Below, one piece after another: positions 63,870-64,000 of a stretch of 64,000 bases of DNA (positions are counted from its first letter, which is position 1; the number at the start of each line of letters is the position of its first letter). Made by a program: the position numbers and the translations under genes. The notes beneath the pieces are model-generated. The model was not told the origin of the DNA and ran no database searches. It was given only the letters and a program-made list of their open reading frames with translations. Source of the stretch: Felis catus (taxonomy: Eukaryota); contig NC_058368.1 in NCBI RefSeq assembly GCF_018350175.1, forward strand, positions 46,998,001 to 47,062,000, read 5' to 3'.

Positions 63870-64000
63870 GGCTGTTCATGCAGTGGAGTACTGCACAGCA
63901 ATAAAAAGGAATAAACTACCGATGTGTCATCAACAAGCCTAAATCGCAAAAAACATTATGTTGAGCCAATGAACCCAGACACAGAAGAGCAGATATTCTA
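63870..64000 (+). mobile_element. Old L1M 3' region fragment running off the window
   Basis: CAGTGGAGTACTGCACAGCAATAAAAAGGAATAAACTAC...AAACATTATGTTGAG. Confidence 0.7.

Noticed and set aside
1..64000. Genuine tRNA/snRNA/rRNA genes, numts, or prokaryotic defence/CRISPR systems
   Set aside because: The only tRNA-like sequences are SINE heads. I saw no mitochondrial or bacterial-like coding sequence, though a by-eye scan cannot exclude short diverged ncRNAs.

Overview
This window is AT-rich, non-coding mammalian DNA from a cat-family (felid/feliform) genome. The assignment rests on 22 tRNA-derived Can-SINEs of the SINEC_Fc type and on carnivore L1 ends. No protein-coding gene, structural RNA gene, CRISPR array or prokaryotic system is supported. 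The only ORFs with recognisable homology are broken L1 ORF2 fragments (31575-32010 and 37306-38448). The rest is a layered record of transposable elements (Can-SINEs, L1/HAL1, L2, MIR, MaLR/ERVL/ERV1 LTRs, hAT MERs), microsatellites and several repeat-poor stretches with enhancer-like motif clusters. The best leads are: (i) a plus-strand bias of LTRs plus well-formed minus-strand exon-like units (62137-62357, 23070-23132, 14409-14481, 10569-10698), hinting at a minus-strand transcription unit or lncRNA; (ii) unusual TE structures, namely an inverted L1 joining the endonuclease start to the extreme 3' end, a SINE nested in an internally deleted SINE, close inverted SINE pairs and a 187-bp orphan insert in an MLT1 LTR; (iii) a CpG-rich patch in an ancient MaLR internal region. 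I found no convincing novel biological system. Repeat subfamily names are recognised by eye from memory of consensus sequences, not from a database search, and boundaries of old elements are approximate.
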